Positions 47,830 through 49,377 of a DNA stretch of 49,377 nt are shown here, piece by piece. Position numbers and translations under genes: made by a program. The notes beneath the pieces are model-generated. The model saw only the letters and a list, made by a program, of their open reading frames with translations. It had not been told where the DNA came from and did no database searches. Within the stretch, counting starts at the first letter, position 1. Each line of letters starts with the position of its first letter. Source of the DNA: Acidobacteriaceae bacterium (GTDB taxonomy: Bacteria > Acidobacteriota > Terriglobia > Terriglobales > Acidobacteriaceae); assembly GCA_035648695.1 (NCBI GenBank), contig DASRLB010000087.1, forward strand, positions 1 to 49,377, written 5' to 3'.

Positions 47830-48066
47830 AAAAAATCCACCTTGGAAGTGCCGCAAATCTTGCAACTTGTTTCTCACAGGAAACTATAATACCTATTGAA
47901 ACGTTGTCCAATCAAAACTTGCTTCCCGTACGATAACCGGATTTCAATCCCATTGCATCACAAACGGCTACATTCCATAGGCAAATCCGTCCCGGCCATC
48001 CATGCACTACGGTACGATGACGCAGAGCAATTGCAATCGAATTCCACTCAACGCTCGAGGTAAATA

Positions 48067-49266
48067 GTGGCTCCCAATCCCTTTTTCGGCGTCATCCTGC
48101 ACTGGCTCGGCGGCCTGTGCTCGGCCAGCAACTTCATCCCCTTTCGTGGGATCAAACGCTGGTCTTGGGAAATCTACTGGATCATCCAGGGCGTCGCCGC
48201 CTGGCTGATCGCACCGACGCTTATCGCCAGCTTCTTCATCCCCAACGTCTTCGGCATCCTGCGCGCCGCGCACCAATCGCCTGACGCCAGCATCGTCTGG
48301 CCGCTCATCATGGGTCTGCTCTGGGGGATCGGCGGCCTCACCTTCGGCCTCGCCATCCGCTACCTCGGTCTCGGCCTCGGATACGCCATCGCCCTCGGCT
48401 TCTGCACCGCCTTCGGCACGCTCATCCCGCCCATCTATCACGGCCAGATGGGCGCCATCCTCCACGAAAAATCAGGACTCGTCATCCTCGGCGGCGTCGC
48501 GATGTGCCTCGTCGCCATCGCCGTCAGCGGCGCCGCCGGCTACTCCAAAGAGCACGAAATCAGCGCCGAAGACCGCGCAATCGCCGGCGAACGCGACTTC
48601 TCCTTCGTCAAGGGCCTTGCCGTCGCCATCTTCGCCGGCATCATGAGTTCCTTCTTCGCCTTCGGCCTCGACGCCGGCAAGCCCATCGGCAGCATGACCA
48701 AGGTCCAGCTTCTCAACCACGGACACACCGACGTCCTGCAAAATCTTCCCGTCCTGATCGTCGTTCTCTGGGGAGGTTTCATCACCAACTTCGTTTGGTC
48801 GATGGTCCTCATCATCCGCAACCACTCCATCCGCCAGTTCGCGGGCGAGCCCGGCGAGAACCCCATGGGCACTGCCCCTGTCACCGGCGAAACCCTCGAA
48901 GCCGTCGACCCCCGCGGCCTTTTGCTGCGCATCGACAACCTGACGCTGGTCAAGAATTATCTGCTCGCGGCGCTCGCTGGAATCATCTGGTACTTCCAGT
49001 TCTTTTTCTACTCCATGGGCACCACCAAGATGGGCCAGTACGACTTCGCCAGTTGGACCCTGCACATGGCCAGCATCATCATTTTCGCCACCCTCTGGGG
49101 CATCGCCTTGCATGAGTGGAAGGGCACCAGCCTCCGCACCCGCATCCTCGTCACCTGCGGCCTGCTGCTGCTGGTCGGCTCAACCGTCGTGGTCGGCTAT
49201 GGCAGTTATCTGAAGGTGAACGAACCTGCCGTGACGAGCGCCGTCGTTCTCCCGCTATCGAAATAA
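48067..49266 (+). CDS. rhaT: L-rhamnose/H+ symporter
   Basis: NPFFGVILHWLGG, KRWSWEIYW, LWGIGGLTFG, WYFQFFFYSMG and SWTLHMA motifs; GTG start. Confidence 0.93.
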   Translation: MAPNPFFGVILHWLGGLCSASNFIPFRGIKRWSWEIYWIIQGVAAWLIAPTLIASFFIPNVFGILRAAHQSPDASIVWPLIMGLLWGIGGLTFGLAIRYLGLGLGYAIALGFCTAFGTLIPPIYHGQMGAILHEKSGLVILGGVAMCLVAIAVSGAAGYSKEHEISAEDRAIAGERDFSFVKGLAVAIFAGIMSSFFAFGLDAGKPIGSMTKVQLLNHGHTDVLQNLPVLIVVLWGGFITNFVWSMVLIIRNHSIRQFAGEPGENPMGTAPVTGETLEAVDPRGLLLRIDNLTLVKNYLLAALAGIIWYFQFFFYSMGTTKMGQYDFASWTLHMASIIIFATLWGIALHEWKGTSLRTRILVTCGLLLLVGSTVVVGYGSYLKVNEPAVTSAVVLPLSK

Positions 49267-49278
49267 GGAGCTTTCCGC

Positions 49279-49377
49279 CTGCAAATCGCGCTCTTCGTCG
49301 CCTGCTACAACGACACGCTCTTCCCCGAGACGGGCATCGCCGTCACGCGCCTCCTCGAACGCCTCGGCCACACCGTC
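49279..49377 (+). CDS. lutA: LutA/YkgE-type lactate utilization Fe-S protein, N-terminus (3' truncated), apparent CTG start
   Basis: (L)QIALFVACYNDTLFPETGIAVTRLLERLGHTV matches the LutA N-terminus; SD AAGGAG 8 nt before CTG. Confidence 0.8.
   Translation, partial: MQIALFVACYNDTLFPETGIAVTRLLERLGHTV

Overview
High-GC bacterial chromosomal segment; the gene content and the Oar-like TonB-dependent receptor suggest Acidobacteriota (inference). Five modules: (1) glycolate/glyoxylate assimilation (partial glcD, glcE, glcF, FAH-family enzyme, malate synthase); (2) NHEJ pair ku-ligD; (3) a complete reductive pyrimidine catabolism cluster (carbamoylase, preT, preA, dihydropyrimidinase, NCS1 permease, class III aminotransferase, convergent CoA-acylating (methyl)malonate-semialdehyde dehydrogenase); (4) a kdp potassium locus with KdpD split into two head-to-head genes, kdpE, three small membrane ORFs and kdpABC; (5) a rhamnogalacturonan/L-rhamnose locus (TonB receptor, PL22, GH105-CE12 fusion, GH28, GH106, CE12, rhaB, bifunctional rhaD, IclR/LacI hybrid regulator, rhamnose isomerase, rhaT, start of lutA). 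Signals the ORF track does not show: a 76-nt tRNA-Glu(CUC)-like gene lacking the near-invariant U33, directly upstream of the pyrimidine operon and followed by a (NNUAGAG)x5 tract; a probable bidirectional leaderless promoter between the two kdpD halves; two tiny kdp peptides; a candidate operator repeated across the rhamnose/pectin promoters; a CTG start codon for lutA; and three unrelated 7-bp tandem arrays. No transposase, integrase, phage gene or CRISPR array was seen. All calls come from reading the sequence by eye, with no database searches.
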